Assembly (NCBI GenBank): GCA_049999805.1
Contig: JBNGIO010006317.1
Coordinates: 711,662 to 774,143, forward strand
Origin: Folioceros fuciformis
Taxonomy: Eukaryota
DNA length: 62,482 bases
Direction: 5' to 3'
Below, one piece after another: positions 48,669-61,391 of the stretch; within the stretch, counting starts at the first letter, position 1; the number at the start of each line of letters is the position of its first letter. The notes beneath the pieces were generated by a model. That model ran no database searches, was not told the origin of the DNA, and saw nothing but the letters and a program-made list of their open reading frames with translations. Position numbers and translations under genes: made by a program.

Positions 48669-49489
48669 ATGGTCGCAGTAGAGTACAGCGCCGTGGATGG
48701 GGAAGATGGCGTCTCTCTGGCAGTGCGAGTCTACAAGCCGGATGCAGCAGAGGGGGCTAGGCAACTGGTGTTGGTGCTGGTGCATCAGTACTCAGTGATG
48801 GGGGGCTGTCAAGGTTTGCTGAAGGGCATGGCAACCGAGCTTGCAAGGCGAGGCTACACGACAATCACTTTTGACATGAGGGGTGTCGGTCGGTCCACTG
48901 GCCGACCGACCATCACTGGATTTGCGGAGGTGCGAGATGTGGTGGCCGTGTGCCGCTGGGCCGTGGAGCATATCCCCGCACCCGAGGTTCTGCTTGTGGG
49001 ATCTTCCGCTGGTGAGATCTAACTTCCCTCGTACTAGATGGCGTCTATCCAGGTTATCAGTCGTGAAAAATCTGCTGCACAAGGGATGGGATGGCGAATG
49101 TTTCTCCGGTATCAGCTTCCGGCTCCCTGGTGTGTGAAACTGCCGTTGTTGTTTCAGGTGCTCCTATAGCAGGTTCGGCGGTGGACGAAGTGCCTGAAGT
49201 GCAAGGGTACGTAGCTCTTGGATACCCTTTCGGCTTGGCTGCTTCCATTCTTTTTGGGAGGCATCACAAGTACGTCCTGCAGTCCACTAAGCCAAAGCTC
49301 TTTGTCATGGGCACTAGTGACGGCTTCACCACTGTGAAGCAACTGCAATCTAAGTTGAAAACAGCTGTGGGAAGAGTGGAGACCCAGCTGGTTCCAGGCG
49401 TCGGCCATTTCGAGATGGAGGGACCCCAGTATGACGAGCAAATGGCCTCGTATGTTGAACAGTTTGCTGAGAGTTTGAAAGAACAATGA
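48669..49489 (+). CDS. Alpha/beta hydrolase fold protein; exons 48669-49011 and 49158-49489
   Basis: VHQYSVMGG, FDMRGVGRS, nucleophile GSSAG across the intron, GTSDGF, GVGHFEMEG. Confidence 0.9.
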
Positions 49490-49644
49490 CCTCATTGTAG
49501 TCTAAATAATTGCTAGCTAGCACAGCACAGCCCATAGCCCACTGCGTGAAGGACTGACGTCCACTGAATGCGGGAACGGACTGCTTCAAGCCATGCTTGT
49601 CATAAACCTGGATGACAGTGGAATGCAAGAGCGAGGACAGTCCT

Positions 49645-51684
49645 TTAGCTTTTGTTCACTCTCTCTCTGACGCATTCCACTCGCAGCAGGACCGCGTTAG
49701 ACGTGGTCATGACGATGTCAGTGGCAGCGTGCTTGTAGTTAGGAGAAAGCGTCCACTTGAAATGGTGCAGCAACGCGGCGAGCACACTCTTGGCCTCCAT
49801 GAGAGCAAAAGCCTGGCCGACGCAGATACGGGGCTCGCCCCCGAAAGGATGGAAGGCGTTGGCTTTTGTTTTCTGCGCTGCTTCGATTCCATTCTGAAAC
49901 CGGGCCGGATTGAAGTGCAAAGGATTGTCACCCCAGTACTCAGGATCGATGTGCATGAGCACATGGTAGAAATGCACGATGGTGCCAGGATGTACTTCCA
50001 GGTCTCCGATTCTGTGCTTGGTTTTGGCCTCTCGAATTAGGTCAGTCACCGGCGGGTACAGTCGGATCGACTCGTTCAAGATGTTCCCCATCTGCGGATG
50101 CATCGTAGTAAAGAATCAGTATGATACTGCCGATCAATGCAATGAATGCGGAAGTATGGATGCGGGAAGGTATGGATGCAAGAAGTCGAGGATGCGGGTG
50201 CTCACGGTTGTGAGTTTGGTAAGGTCGGCGGGGTCGAGGATCCCGGTGCCGCCTGAGACTCGCCTCACTTCCTCCCAGGCCTTGTCCTGCCACTCGGGGT
50301 GGCTGGCCAGCAGCATAAGGGTCCAGTTTATGAGCTGGGCAGTGCTGCCGAATCCTGCTACGAACATGGTTCTGCACTCCTGAACTATCTGGTCCAGGCT
50401 CATGGTCTTGCTCCCTCGTAGATGCGCGTCAACCATGATCCCCAGCAGATCGTGCCCAGAGTTGTAGGTGCCACTGCTGGCACCAGCTTGGTAGTGCGCT
50501 TGGACTGCCTCGATCCGCTTGGCCACCACGTCCTGCACCAGGGCCTCCAGCCGGGCACCTGCTTCGGCAGCCTGCTTCTCCATCTTGGTCTTCGGGAGAA
50601 ACCTGATGAGGCACACAAAGCATGGCTGGGAGAATCAACCACGCCTGCAAAAAATCACAATCACCCCTCGCCCACCTCAATCGAATTCCAAGCAAGTTGA
50701 ACATGGTCAGTCATTATTACTTGTTTCCGGGAACAAGGTTCTTCAGTGTGAAGAGGCCTTCCACGGCGATTAGCAGCTGCTCCTCCAGAGCCCTGTACAC
50801 CAAACCCAGGCTGTCGGAGCTCTGGCTCCCAGCAACTGCAGCTCCAAAGGTGCAGTACGTGACCACCTCCAAGGTTGTCTTGTTGATGTCGTGTATGGAA
50901 TACATTTCTGCGCGGCCTCCTTGCTCTGCGACCCTCTAGCCCCAGATATCAACCAAGTCCGCTGTGGCTCTCGCCATATGGTGATGCAGGCCCTGGAGGA
51001 GCCTCGACATACAGTCAGCCAGCCTGGTCACGCGAAGTAGACTCGAGTAGGAACGGACCGTCCGTCACAGAACTCCGCAAGTCACCTCGGAATCCCTGAC
51101 TTATGACCTTCCGTTGCTGCGCCCAGAACTCGTCAGTATCGAGGGCCACGATCCCCAAGCCAGTGATGCTGGCGAAGGCGTCTCGGAGAACCTCGTTCCT
51201 CTTGTAGTCCGTGGCATGGGTGACGGTGAAGTCCCTCCAGAGCTCAGCATCCCACACACCCAAGTGCGTCTTGTCCAGCATTTCCCAAACCACCATCTTC
51301 TTGCCTGCACCGCACCGCACCGCACCGCACCGCACCGCGCAGCGCCACCACCCACAATCAGCACAAATCTGGAGTACCACCAGGCACTGCGAAGTCAGAT
51401 CTACGGACACACCAACCGTGAGCGTGCCGCGAGGACCAGTTCAGGATGTACGGATGCATAGCCTTCACCAACCCATTCTGCTCCACCGACAGAGGAGCAC
51501 GAGGCGCAGATCTCGCCTCCTGCAATTCCAGCAAGTTGCTAAGCAGAGGCACGAATCGGGGTCCTCCAACTCCCTGCTTCTGGTAAAACACCCGCCTCCT
51601 CCACGGCTCCCACACTGCTTTGTACACCACAAACGCAGTTGCCAGAAACTCTGGAATTCGCAGCACCACCGGGACTCCTGCCAT
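49645..51684 (-). pseudogene. Cytochrome P450 (CYP72-clan-like) with an in-frame stop; exons ~51684-51417, 51304-~51069, 50992-50721, 50602-50206, 50091-49645
   Basis: QGVGGP, WAQQRK, HPEWQDK, ESIRLYPP, FNPARF, PFGGEPRICVGQ. TAG at 50938-50936 lies in the exon-3 frame. Confidence 0.75.
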
Positions 51685-52297
51685 GAATCAGTTATCCCTT
51701 GGAAAAGTCGCCCAGTCGAGCTTCTTGTTCAGCGCACATGCGTTCGGACTGCGACTGCAACTGCAACTGCACCCCCCGTGCGCGCATTTAAGGAACGCAG
51801 AGAGCTACATGGTCAGCTCCCCCCTTACTGTACCCAGTCCACCCCTCTTTACTAAAACGTCTTGTTCGTGCCAGCTCGTGCCTTTGTAGCAAGCAAGTCG
51901 CAACGTGACAGGACTGGACGCCGGCGCCTGCGTCATGGTGCACCTGCTCGCCCTCCCCACCAGTGGAATTTCTCTCTTCCCAAGGTGTATTGCAACATGT
52001 GCTTAACAGGACTGTCATGGTTGGGCTTGTTCTCCTGTGCGCCGGGGTATTCTATAGATAAAGTGGTGTCTCTTCTCGTGTAAGGCCAAGGGCGTATAGG
52101 ACCAGGGCAGTTGCAGGCCAAGGGTGCATAGGACCAGGGCCAGTGCAGAGCAAGTTGCATTTTGGACCCATCCACAACCCTATGGCCAACTAGAATCCTG
52201 GACCTATTGGAAAGCATCCGGTCAATATTGTGCATAAACAGATTGGCAATTGCTGTAAGAAGTATGTTGACATGGAGTCCCATCCAGCCGTGACCCA

Positions 52298-52422
52298 TAA
52301 TGCAATCCGAGATGTTATGCAATCTGATCCGAAATGTCATGCAATCCGATCCGAAATGTCATGCAATCCGATCCGAAATGTCATGCAATCCGATCCGAAA
52401 TATCATGCAATCCGAGATGTCA
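52298..52422. repeat. 22-bp minisatellite ATGCAATCCGATCCGAAATGTC, ~5-6 copies
   Basis: Directly visible. It is followed by a ~43 bp segment duplicated at 52425 and 52495. Confidence 0.85.
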
Positions 52423-53098
52423 TATTCTCGATGGCTAGGGAATATGGATACTCATGAATACTTTGCACAAGAGGGTTTCATTTAGAGCCCACCTTTCTCG
52501 ATGGCTAGGGAACATGGATACTCATGAATACTTTGCATTTCATTTAGAACCGACCTTGTTTTGAGTGGTAGATGTGGTTGTCATATATCTCACTAGAAAT
52601 TCTATTTGTGAGCACCTGAAGGCCTGAAGACAGCACCTGAAGGGCAACCCGCGGTGCAGCAAAACGGGGCTGTGCAAAACGCTGATAGTTCGAAGGGGCT
52701 CTTCCGTGCTTACTCTTGAAACGTAGTGTTGGTATTTGCAGCATGCGCTCTGGGGAGCTTGTGTTTAGTACTTTGACAAATCCTAGTTATATAACTTATT
52801 TTCACTATATTGGACATCGAGGCTGTTGGACATAAAACATGCGAGCAGCCAAACGATGGATATTTTGGATGCTTTGTGAAGCTTCGCGCTTGCCAGGATG
52901 TTCGGTCCACTCGGTTTTCTAAGCCCAAACCCCGACTGTGTGCAGTTGTTTGCTCTGTAGGGATCCCAAAGTAGCCTGTGGAATGTCGTCTGAATGTATG
53001 CAGTTGTTTGCACTGTCGCCATCTTGCAGCAACCTGTGCCATGTCGTCCTTGAAACTGCTGTGAGATTTGGAGACGATCGATACGATTCGGCGCCAAC

Positions 53099-55078
53099 AT
53101 GGATCCGTTGGACATAGACATCGCTCTCACGGCCAGTCTCTGGGCCAGACCTACATTTAGATGCCAGTCCTTCCTTACGGTGTTACTGGACTTCGATAGA
53201 GAAAGCTTGGTGGCCGGCCACGCTGAATCTGCGGCGGAATTCAAAAGAATGGCGGATGATCCTGAATGTGCCATGAAGCCGTTCACCCACATTGTGCTGG
53301 ATCCTCTAAGGCCATTCGCCTACCTTCCAAGAATTGGAGGTTGGCAACCCTGCGGACGTGATGCCGACTGCCGACATATGCTTGGCTCAGCAGGCTAAAG
53401 CGCATTTTCTTCAGCGTGGAGTGGAGCATATGAGGTTGGGCTTGCATTGCCTCAACGAACTTTTTCTTACTCGAGAAAACGCTCACTTGGCTGACAACCA
53501 GTGGACCAGAGCGCTTTACTGCTACAAACTCGAGTTGCATTCTCCTGGAGGATATGAAGGACACCAAAGCCGGCGCGGATTTGTCATCTACCTCGGTGGA
53601 CCGGGACGAGGCCACTACCTCCACAGCAGGTTCCAAGAGCTCGAATCCGCTGCACCAAGAAGTCCAATACATGCTTGAGGTTATCCATTTCCATCGATGT
53701 GGTACGTATCTGCGTTTGGGGAGCTACAAAAATGCATTGGCGGATGCCGACATGTGCTGACAGCTAAACCCTCCGATTCGGATCGGCTGGCCGAGATCCG
53801 GCATCAGAAATTCAGGGCAAGAGTGGCTATGAAGGAGAGTGGTCTAGGCATCTACGAGTTTGACGACGAGGACTTCTGCAGGTACTCTGGAACTGAGCAC
53901 GCGCTAGGCTGTGCTCCTTTCGTTGGAGCTATTGAGCTTCGCGATAGTATCGATAGTGGCGAGTGTGGGATGTTTGCATCCCAGGATGTGAAGCCGGGGG
54001 AGCTACTCCTTGTGAGCAATCCCCTTGCACGAGGAAAAGCTCACCAGTCTTGGCCCCAGATACTGTTTTACAGTGGAAGCTGTCTTTTGTCAAGTAAGGA
54101 ACCTGAGCATGGCCAACATAAACTCTGGAACTCCCGATTTCAGAATTTGTTTGTCGAGATCGTAGCCAAGGCACAACACTCGCCGCAGTACGCGGCGCAG
54201 CTCAGGAGCATGCTCCGAGGCACAACGTGGAAGCCTTACTTAGATATTTTCACTAACGATTGGGATGACGACTCGTTTGGAGATGTAAGATCACTGGAGG
54301 ACCACCAATTCCACTTGACGACAGTGGACATCAATGATATCCGACGCGTTGTGGAAACCTTGGGCAAATTTGACAGGGCGCAGTACGGACTGCCTTGTTT
54401 CTTCAAGCACTCTTGTGCTCCTAATTGTGTCTGCTACACGGAGACTACACGGAGCGGCGGAACTATGTTCATTGCCTCCACTACCATGTTTCCCGCTGGA
54501 GAGAAACTTTCGATCAAATTGGTGTCCAACTTCCACAGTAACCTCATCCGCAGTGAACAGTTTAGGCGACAACTCGAAAAGGATTTCTGCAGGTGTCAGC
54601 GGTGCAGGTTTGAAGAACATGTAGTCATGAATATCCCGGATTTGCGAGCTCTGCTCTGCAGTCGTGGTTATCCGGCATTGCTAGGAATAGAAGCTGTGGA
54701 TGCTATTCAGATGGTAGAGGACATGCTAGCCACACCTTCTGAAGCTAGGAAGGGCTCTCTGCAGACGATAATACTGTCCAATGGCAGTGGCGAGTATGTG
54801 CTAAGGAAATGCTTTCAAGTCAAAGCTGGCTAGCGAAGATACTGCACAGCGATATCGACTCTCCTCACCTCACTGATGAGAAGCATAAAGATTGGATCCG
54901 TTGCTCCTCCGCCCTTGCTTTTGTTGTACCGTTCTTGTCGGCACCAACTATTGCAGCGGAATGGATGGATGAGGTAGGGCGAATTTTAACAGCAGTTGAA
55001 CCTGGCACATCAAACGACTTAACCATTCTCGCCTTCTGTAGGGATAAAATGCATCTTCGGACATTGAGGAAATTGTAG
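53099..55078 (+). pseudogene. TPR + SET-domain (SMYD-like) gene broken by several frameshifts
   Basis: TPR-like HRCGTYLRLGSYKNALADA; SET GMFASQDVKPGELLLVSNPL, FFKHSCAPNC, AGEKLSI, FCRCQRC. The homology is spread over overlapping ORFs in different frames. Confidence 0.7.
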
Positions 55079-55283
55079 AGAATTAAGTAACAAAGCAAGT
55101 TTGAGTGCCAAGCAAGAAGTCCCATGCAAAAGCATGTTTAGTAGAGCAGATTACTAAGAGTGTGTAAGCATGTTTAGTAGAGTAGTTGGACAATTTAGTT
55201 GAGTTTAGTTCAGTTTCTCCTCGAAAGCCTTGAGAACATTGAATGCTTGGGCTACGCATGGAGAGCATGTGTTGCTTGGGTTG

Positions 55284-55490
55284 TGAGCACAAGATAGGTG
55301 TGATGTGAATGTGAGCACAAGATAGGTGTGATGTGAAGGAGCTGTTGGAGGTGGTCAAGAGAAGGAAGAACTAAGCTCCTAACTTAGGCAAAGATGGGGA
55401 GCTCTCTCTAATCCTAAGCTCCTAGCTCAGACAAAGATGGGGCTCTCTCCAGGCCTAAGCTCCTAACTTTGACAAAGATGGGGAGCTTCT
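55284..55490. repeat. Short tandem repeats (28 bp x2; ~42 bp x3)
   Basis: GTGAGCACAAGATAGGTGTGATGTGAA twice; CTAAGCTCCTA.CT...CAAAGATGGGG three times. Confidence 0.8.
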
Positions 55491-57353
55491 TATTGACTCA
55501 TGGTTTGGAAATAAAGAGCAACAAGGGTGCCGGTGGTGAGTCCTCCTAGTTAAGGAGGGCAGGCTATATGGAGGCCTAGTGCTATGTCTGGTGTTTAATT
55601 ACTGACTCTTGCTTTTACTCTTAACTGCGTAGTTTTACCCCTTTGAAGGGGTGTTATTGAAGAAGTACTGAAAATTCTGTCAATTTGCTCAACTGGGATC
55701 TCAAACAAGCGCCACGCTTCATTTATGATCTCTATTGAAATAGCCTAATTGATAGTTTCCAAAGTGAATTAAATTTGTGAGTAAAAATCAAAGTAAACTA
55801 AAATACGCTAGTTGTATCATATACTAATACGTATTATGTAAGGACTAAATAAGGATGCTGGTACTAAAGTCATGCAAAGTCTCTCTCCTTGTTTACATGG
55901 TGCAGTTTAAGTCTTTCTCTCCTTCTTAAAGTCTCTCTACTTGATGCATATCTCTACTTGATGCACAATAACCCCTTTAAAACGAACGAATCCCTACACA
56001 AATCAATCCCACACAAAGCACTCAGGAGTCATACCATGAACGATTTAAGTAAAATAAGGTAAAAAGTAAAAAAAATAAAAATGAAAGAAAATGAAAGCTA
56101 ACGTAGGAGCTGCCCTAACTCTTAGAGAGTGGAGTTGCTGGAACTACTTAGTGTTTCTAGGGGAAGGTTTAGAGATGTGAATGAAGTTAGTAGTTGCATG
56201 ATTAAGTTAAGGATATATAACAACTAGAACAAAAGCTTCGATCATTCATCTCATCCTCCCAAGTCAATCATGATGGGATGCCTCCTGCTTGTTCTTGCTA
56301 TTTTTTTAATTAATCTATTTTAAATATATTTTTTTATCTAAAATTATTTTAACCTATTAAACCTATTTATTCAAATACTCAGTTGTGCACACTATCCGGA
56401 CTTCCGTTTTGTTGGCCATTTCCGCAACGGAATTTTGTGGGTACCCTTATTGTGCACATATGTTCCGGTTCCTGCATCTAGGGTGCTTGGTGTCCCGAAG
56501 TAGATCTCTTTGGGTTCCTAGATCTAGGTTGGTTTGTGTCTTGTGTGCGCATCCCAGCTAGGGTTCATTGCTGCAATGACACTCCATTTTACCAAAACCT
56601 CTATTCTACTGCTACATTGCTTTACTTGTTTTGTAATCTTAGTAGTATTTATTTAATATATTCACTTCAACAAAGGAACAATATACCTACCCTAAGGCTT
56701 GAGTGTGCTAGTATACCAGTGTACTCTATGCCCACTAAGTTTGCCATGGTCTTCCTTTGGGAAGGTTACAATGGGCTTTTCAAGGTGTTCCATGTAGGCT
56801 GAAGTGTGCTTGATGTAGTGCAAAAGGCTATACAAGGAAAAATATGTTTGAAGGACAAAGAAATCAGTATATGTATATAGTCGTGATTCACTTGCTTCGG
56901 TAGTTGATTTAGTAGATAGGGCTCTTACCATTTCGCATCACGACAATTACAGGAGCAAGAGTTTCAAGTTTTATAGGATGAGAAAAAAAGGTGGGTTTCT
57001 AAACCCACCCTGGAGATGGACCCCACTCAACCTGGACCTGTTGCTACGTGAACGGCCTTGCTCATTGAACTGAACTGCAACGGCTGTACTACTAGTACGT
57101 GGGAACTTTGGAACAGTGCCACCGTGAGATAGGTTTACCGAACAAGGCTTGCGATGTAAGCTACTGTTATTTCCTCACGTGTTGGTACACGTCACTGGTC
57201 CACGTCATTCTACGCGTTGCTCTTCACCTACACCTTCTGCCGATCTGCTTTCGATCTCGAGAAGGCTTTGCAGACGTTTGGGAGAAGGACGAGGCCAGTT
57301 AGAGACTTGAGAGGAGTACACTATTGCGCGGAGAGGACAGGAGAGAGATCAAG

Positions 57354-57596
57354 ATGTGTTTTCCAATCATGGAGCTCTGGGGAGGAGGCCACTACCATCC
57401 GGGGCAGCCCCGCCCCGCGCTGTGGACTTGGGGACCCGTGCTCAGGCCTGCGCCTCCTCATCTTCATGGCCCTCCTTTGCACCATCCCCATCCTCACCAC
57501 CACCCCCCCCACCACTTCGGAGGTCCTGGTCATCTCGCAGGCCCGGGGCACTTCGGCGGGCCACATCACGGCGGACATCACCACCACCATCACTGA
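57354..57596 (+). CDS. Small His/Pro/Gly-rich protein (80 aa)
   Basis: ATG-started ORF ending HHGGHHHHHH*, with GPGH repeats; GC-rich island. No recognised family. Confidence 0.55.
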   Translation: MCFPIMELWGGGHYHPGQPRPALWTWGPVLRPAPPHLHGPPLHHPHPHHHPPHHFGGPGHLAGPGHFGGPHHGGHHHHHH

Positions 57597-57899
57597 GCGA
57601 GGTGAGATCTCGTTGCCACACCACCCATCATCTCAGTCACCGCTTTCTCTTCGTGCCTGACCTCACTTAACTTTGACTGTCTGCTGGACAATCTTCAGTG
57701 ACTTCAGGGCGGCAGGGTGATGCACAAGGTGACATCCTTGTCGGAACAAAGCGCAAGGCAAATGAAGCCCCCTCGACTGTCGCGATTGCTTACTGTACAC
57801 TCCCAAGGCTTGTCACCATGAATGCTTGTTTTGATCATGACAGGTAGGGTTGTGACACGATTTTTAGAGATGACTGTAGGCTGATACGTGGAAGATAAT

Positions 57900-60800
57900 C
57901 TACACCTGAGCACTGAGCTCCTTCAGCTTCGCATAAATTTCTGAACCTTGAAAACGGTTGTTGTCACCTAACATGAATGAGTGTACCTGCCCATCGTACT
58001 CCATCCAACTCTGACCGGTTTTCGTACACGCGTCAGCAGAGTCTCGGGAGTCCTCCATCTCCATCGCCCTGTCCCATAGTTGCGCATGGGCATAAATGTT
58101 TGACATGAGCACGTACGCTACGCCCTTTGATGGCCCCAACTTGATTGCCTGCTGAAAGGCTTGCTCGCCCAGTTCGACGTGAATATGCTTCCTGCAGGCA
58201 CTAAGCAAAGCAACCCACACTGCCCAACTGGGTCGCATGGGCATGATCTGAATCACCTTTTTCGCCTTGCTGAGAAGCCCGGCGCGGCCAAGAAGATCTA
58301 CCAGGCTGGCGAAATGGGAAGGCGTTGCACTGATGCCATAGTCCCTGCCCATAGATCTAAAGAGCTCCAAGCCTTCCTCAACGTTGCCTGCGTGACTGCA
58401 TGCCGAAAGGACAGACACGAAGGTGACTGCATCCGGTCTCATGCCTGTCTGCTGCATTTTTCTGAAGCTCTGTAAACTCTGTTCACTCTCTCCTAGTCTG
58501 GCATATCCTGCGATTATGGCAGTCCATGATACCACATCATGCTGGGACACCAGGTCGAATACGCGAATAGCATGCTCCATGCTTCCACACTTACCGTAGG
58601 CATGAATCAGACTCCTGGCAACAGTCACGCTGTGTTCCAAACCCCGTTGAATGATATCCTCATGGATTTGAAGGCACGTATTCAGGGCACCTACGTTGCT
58701 GCAGGCCTTCAGGATACTGAGAAAGGTAGCTCCATTTTGGGTCACGCCGTTTTCTTCCATTTGCAAGTAAAGCTGCACCGCCTTCTCACCCTGATCTTGC
58801 TCGGCGTACCCAGAAATCATCGCATTCCAGGAGACCACATTTCGCTGACCTAAATTGTCAAACACATCCCGGGCATCCTCAACACTCCCACACGTTGCAT
58901 ACATGTGGATAAGAGTATTGCCCACAAATGTATCTGATGCATAACCTGCCCTTATAATCTCTGCATGGATGTCCCTCCCCAGCTGGAGGGATTGTACTTT
59001 CACACTTCGCTCGTTGACGATCCTCTCTTCCTCCATGTCTGCAACAAGGGTGCATGCCTTCAGCACACTGACAAATGTGCGGTCATCAGGCCCAACACCA
59101 GCCTCTTGCATCTGAGCATAGAAGTGCAAGGCTCTCTCCCCTTGCTCCTGCTGTGCATAAGCTGTAATGATTGCATTCCATGACACTACATCTTGCTGGG
59201 ACAACTTGTCAAACACATGCCTCGCATCCAAAATGCTCCCACATTTTGCATACATATCAACGAGTGTATTCCCTACAAAAACGTTCGACTCATATCCTCT
59301 TCTCCTCACCCCAGCATGGATTGCCCTCCCTCTTTCCAATGACGCCGCTCTTACACACTGTCCATTTACGACAGTCACCTCCTCCATAGCTGCCACGATG
59401 CCACATGCCTTGAGCGCACTAACAAAGGTCCGGTCATCTGGCTTCACATTGGCTCGCTCCATTTCTGCAAAAAGTTCCAAAGCCTTCTCACCCTGTTCTT
59501 GCTGTACATACCCTGTGATCATAGTGTTCCAACACACCACATTGCGCTGCGACAGAGAATCAAACACTTGTCGTGCGTCCAAGATATTTCCACATTTTGC
59601 GTACATGTGAATGAGACTGCTACCCACAAACTCATTAGAATCCAAGCCCCTTCGAGAGACGTCCTCATGAACTGCCTTGCCAACTTTCAAAGCCTTCCCT
59701 TTATCAAGCTGGCCTTCAGGCGCTTCTCTCTCAATGACTGCAAGCATACCACATGCTTTGAGCACACTGACAACCGTTCTTTCATTCGGTGTCACGCCTG
59801 CCTCCTGCATTTCCAAATAGAGCTGCAAAGCCTTTTCTACCTGTCCATGCTGTACATATCCAGCAATCATTGTCGTCCACGACACAACGTCCGGGTTGGA
59901 CATTCCATCAAACACCTGTTGTGCGTACGTCATGCTCCCACATTTCGCGTACATGGCTATAATACTGGCACACACGAAACTCTCAGAATCCCATTTACAA
60001 CTGACGACATCGAAATGAATTCGCCTGCCCCTTTCAATATCCCCCAAGAGAGCACACACCTTCAACATAGCCACAAGTGTGTACTTGCTTGGCTGAATAC
60101 CCCCGTCTTGCATTTGCGTGTAAAGCCTTAGAGCCTCTCGGGGTTGTTTGTGCTCAACATACCCAGATATCACAGCTGTCCAAGAGAACACGGTACGTTT
60201 AGATAGCGTTGAAAATACCTGCACCGCATCTGCAAGACTTCCACACTTGACAAACATATGCACCAGAAGTTCCCCCAGATAGCTGTCCTGCTCAATCCCG
60301 TGCTGTATGATTTGAGCATGCACTTGCTTGCCCTCAGTCAACGCCTTCTTCTTGACACACACCTGCAACAGATGTCCGTAAGTGTGGACTGAGGGCGCAA
60401 CGCCCATGGTGTGCAAGGCATTGAGTGCTTCTTGTAGGTGCCCCTCGCGACATAATCTCTGCAGCTCAAGGTCATCTTCGGAGCACGGTACAGGAGGCCC
60501 GCTAAATCTACCACCGGTCTCTTGGTTTGATGGCAAAGAAGCCAGCAGTGCTTCTACCCACGGCGGCTTCAACCAACTATTGATCCACAAAACCTCGTTC
60601 TTTGACTTGTGCCTAAAGTCCGGACGAGTAGGAGTTCGCTGCGGCAGGCCAGCATAGAAGTCAGCACACGCACTCGCAACCACAAGAAAAGTTCACATCC
60701 ACTAGGCCCCACCCTTCCACAGTCCGAACACTACCTTATCCAGCCTGTTGTCCCACCACTGTGAGGGATCAGCGAAGAACTCCTGCCAGAGATGGTGAAG

Positions 60801-61391
60801 CCGCTCTCTCCGTTCCTGCTCATTCTCTACGCCTACCGAATCACACCAACAAGTCAGACGACAAAAAAATCCACACCCATCCCACACCAATTCCTCAACC
60901 GAACCCATGAACTTAAACATACACCTACAAAGAAAGACGCCTGTTCCTGACCCTGCTCTGAAGACGGCGTGTTCCGTGGCCTGGCCACACGGTCTCTCCA
61001 CAATACATCCCTGGTGAGCCTTTCACCAAAATCGGGCATCTCAGGATCTGCCTGCAAGCACCAGCCAAACTGTAAACACCGAAACATTCAAACCAAACAA
61101 AAATCACACAACAACACCTCATACCTCAGTGGACCTGGAATCCCGCCATCCTGCAGGATCCACAAAAGAAGGCTGCCACTTCCCTCCCCCACGGTTTCCA
61201 GCCGCAGACACGCCCGACCCTTTCGCATCGGCAACGAGCATCAGCCCCGCTGTACTCCAACACGCCCGTGCAGAGCAAACAACAGGCGGGACCGTACCGC
61301 ATTGCCCTGCACCTTGACTCCATCCTCCCACACCGGAATGCTCGTAGCCCTTGCTGGGCGCATTGCCATAGCTGCGACTACACGACAACAT
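57900..61391 (-). CDS. PLS-class PPR protein (E/E+, no DYW) with N-terminal OSB-type PDF motifs; exons ~61391-61125, 61051-~60925, 60832-60735, 60638-57900
   Basis: Repeated P-L-S triplets (LVDMYAKCGS..DAR.VFD...DVVSWNA), E domain, PG-box-like KTGQSWME..VHSF..GD. The upstream exons splice in frame; the start is uncertain. Confidence 0.9.

Noticed and set aside
50936-50938. U-to-C editing rescue of the P450 stop codon
   Set aside because: Such editing is known for organellar transcripts; this is a spliced nuclear gene.
52298-52422. Relationship to the 9.3-kb minisatellite (shared GCAATCCGATC on the opposite strand)
   Set aside because: Only 11 bp are shared and the unit lengths differ; insufficient to claim common origin.
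53620-53660. CLE-peptide-like SNPLHQ near a CLV1-like gene
   Set aside because: There is no signal peptide or R..P.GP core, and it lies inside the TPR-SET relic.
55090-56940. Possible solo LTR or TE remnant
   Set aside because: AT-rich with short repeats, but the termini and TSD could not be defined.
57704-57913. DYW remnant downstream of the PPR stop
   Set aside because: No HSE, CxDC or DYW-like motifs were seen.
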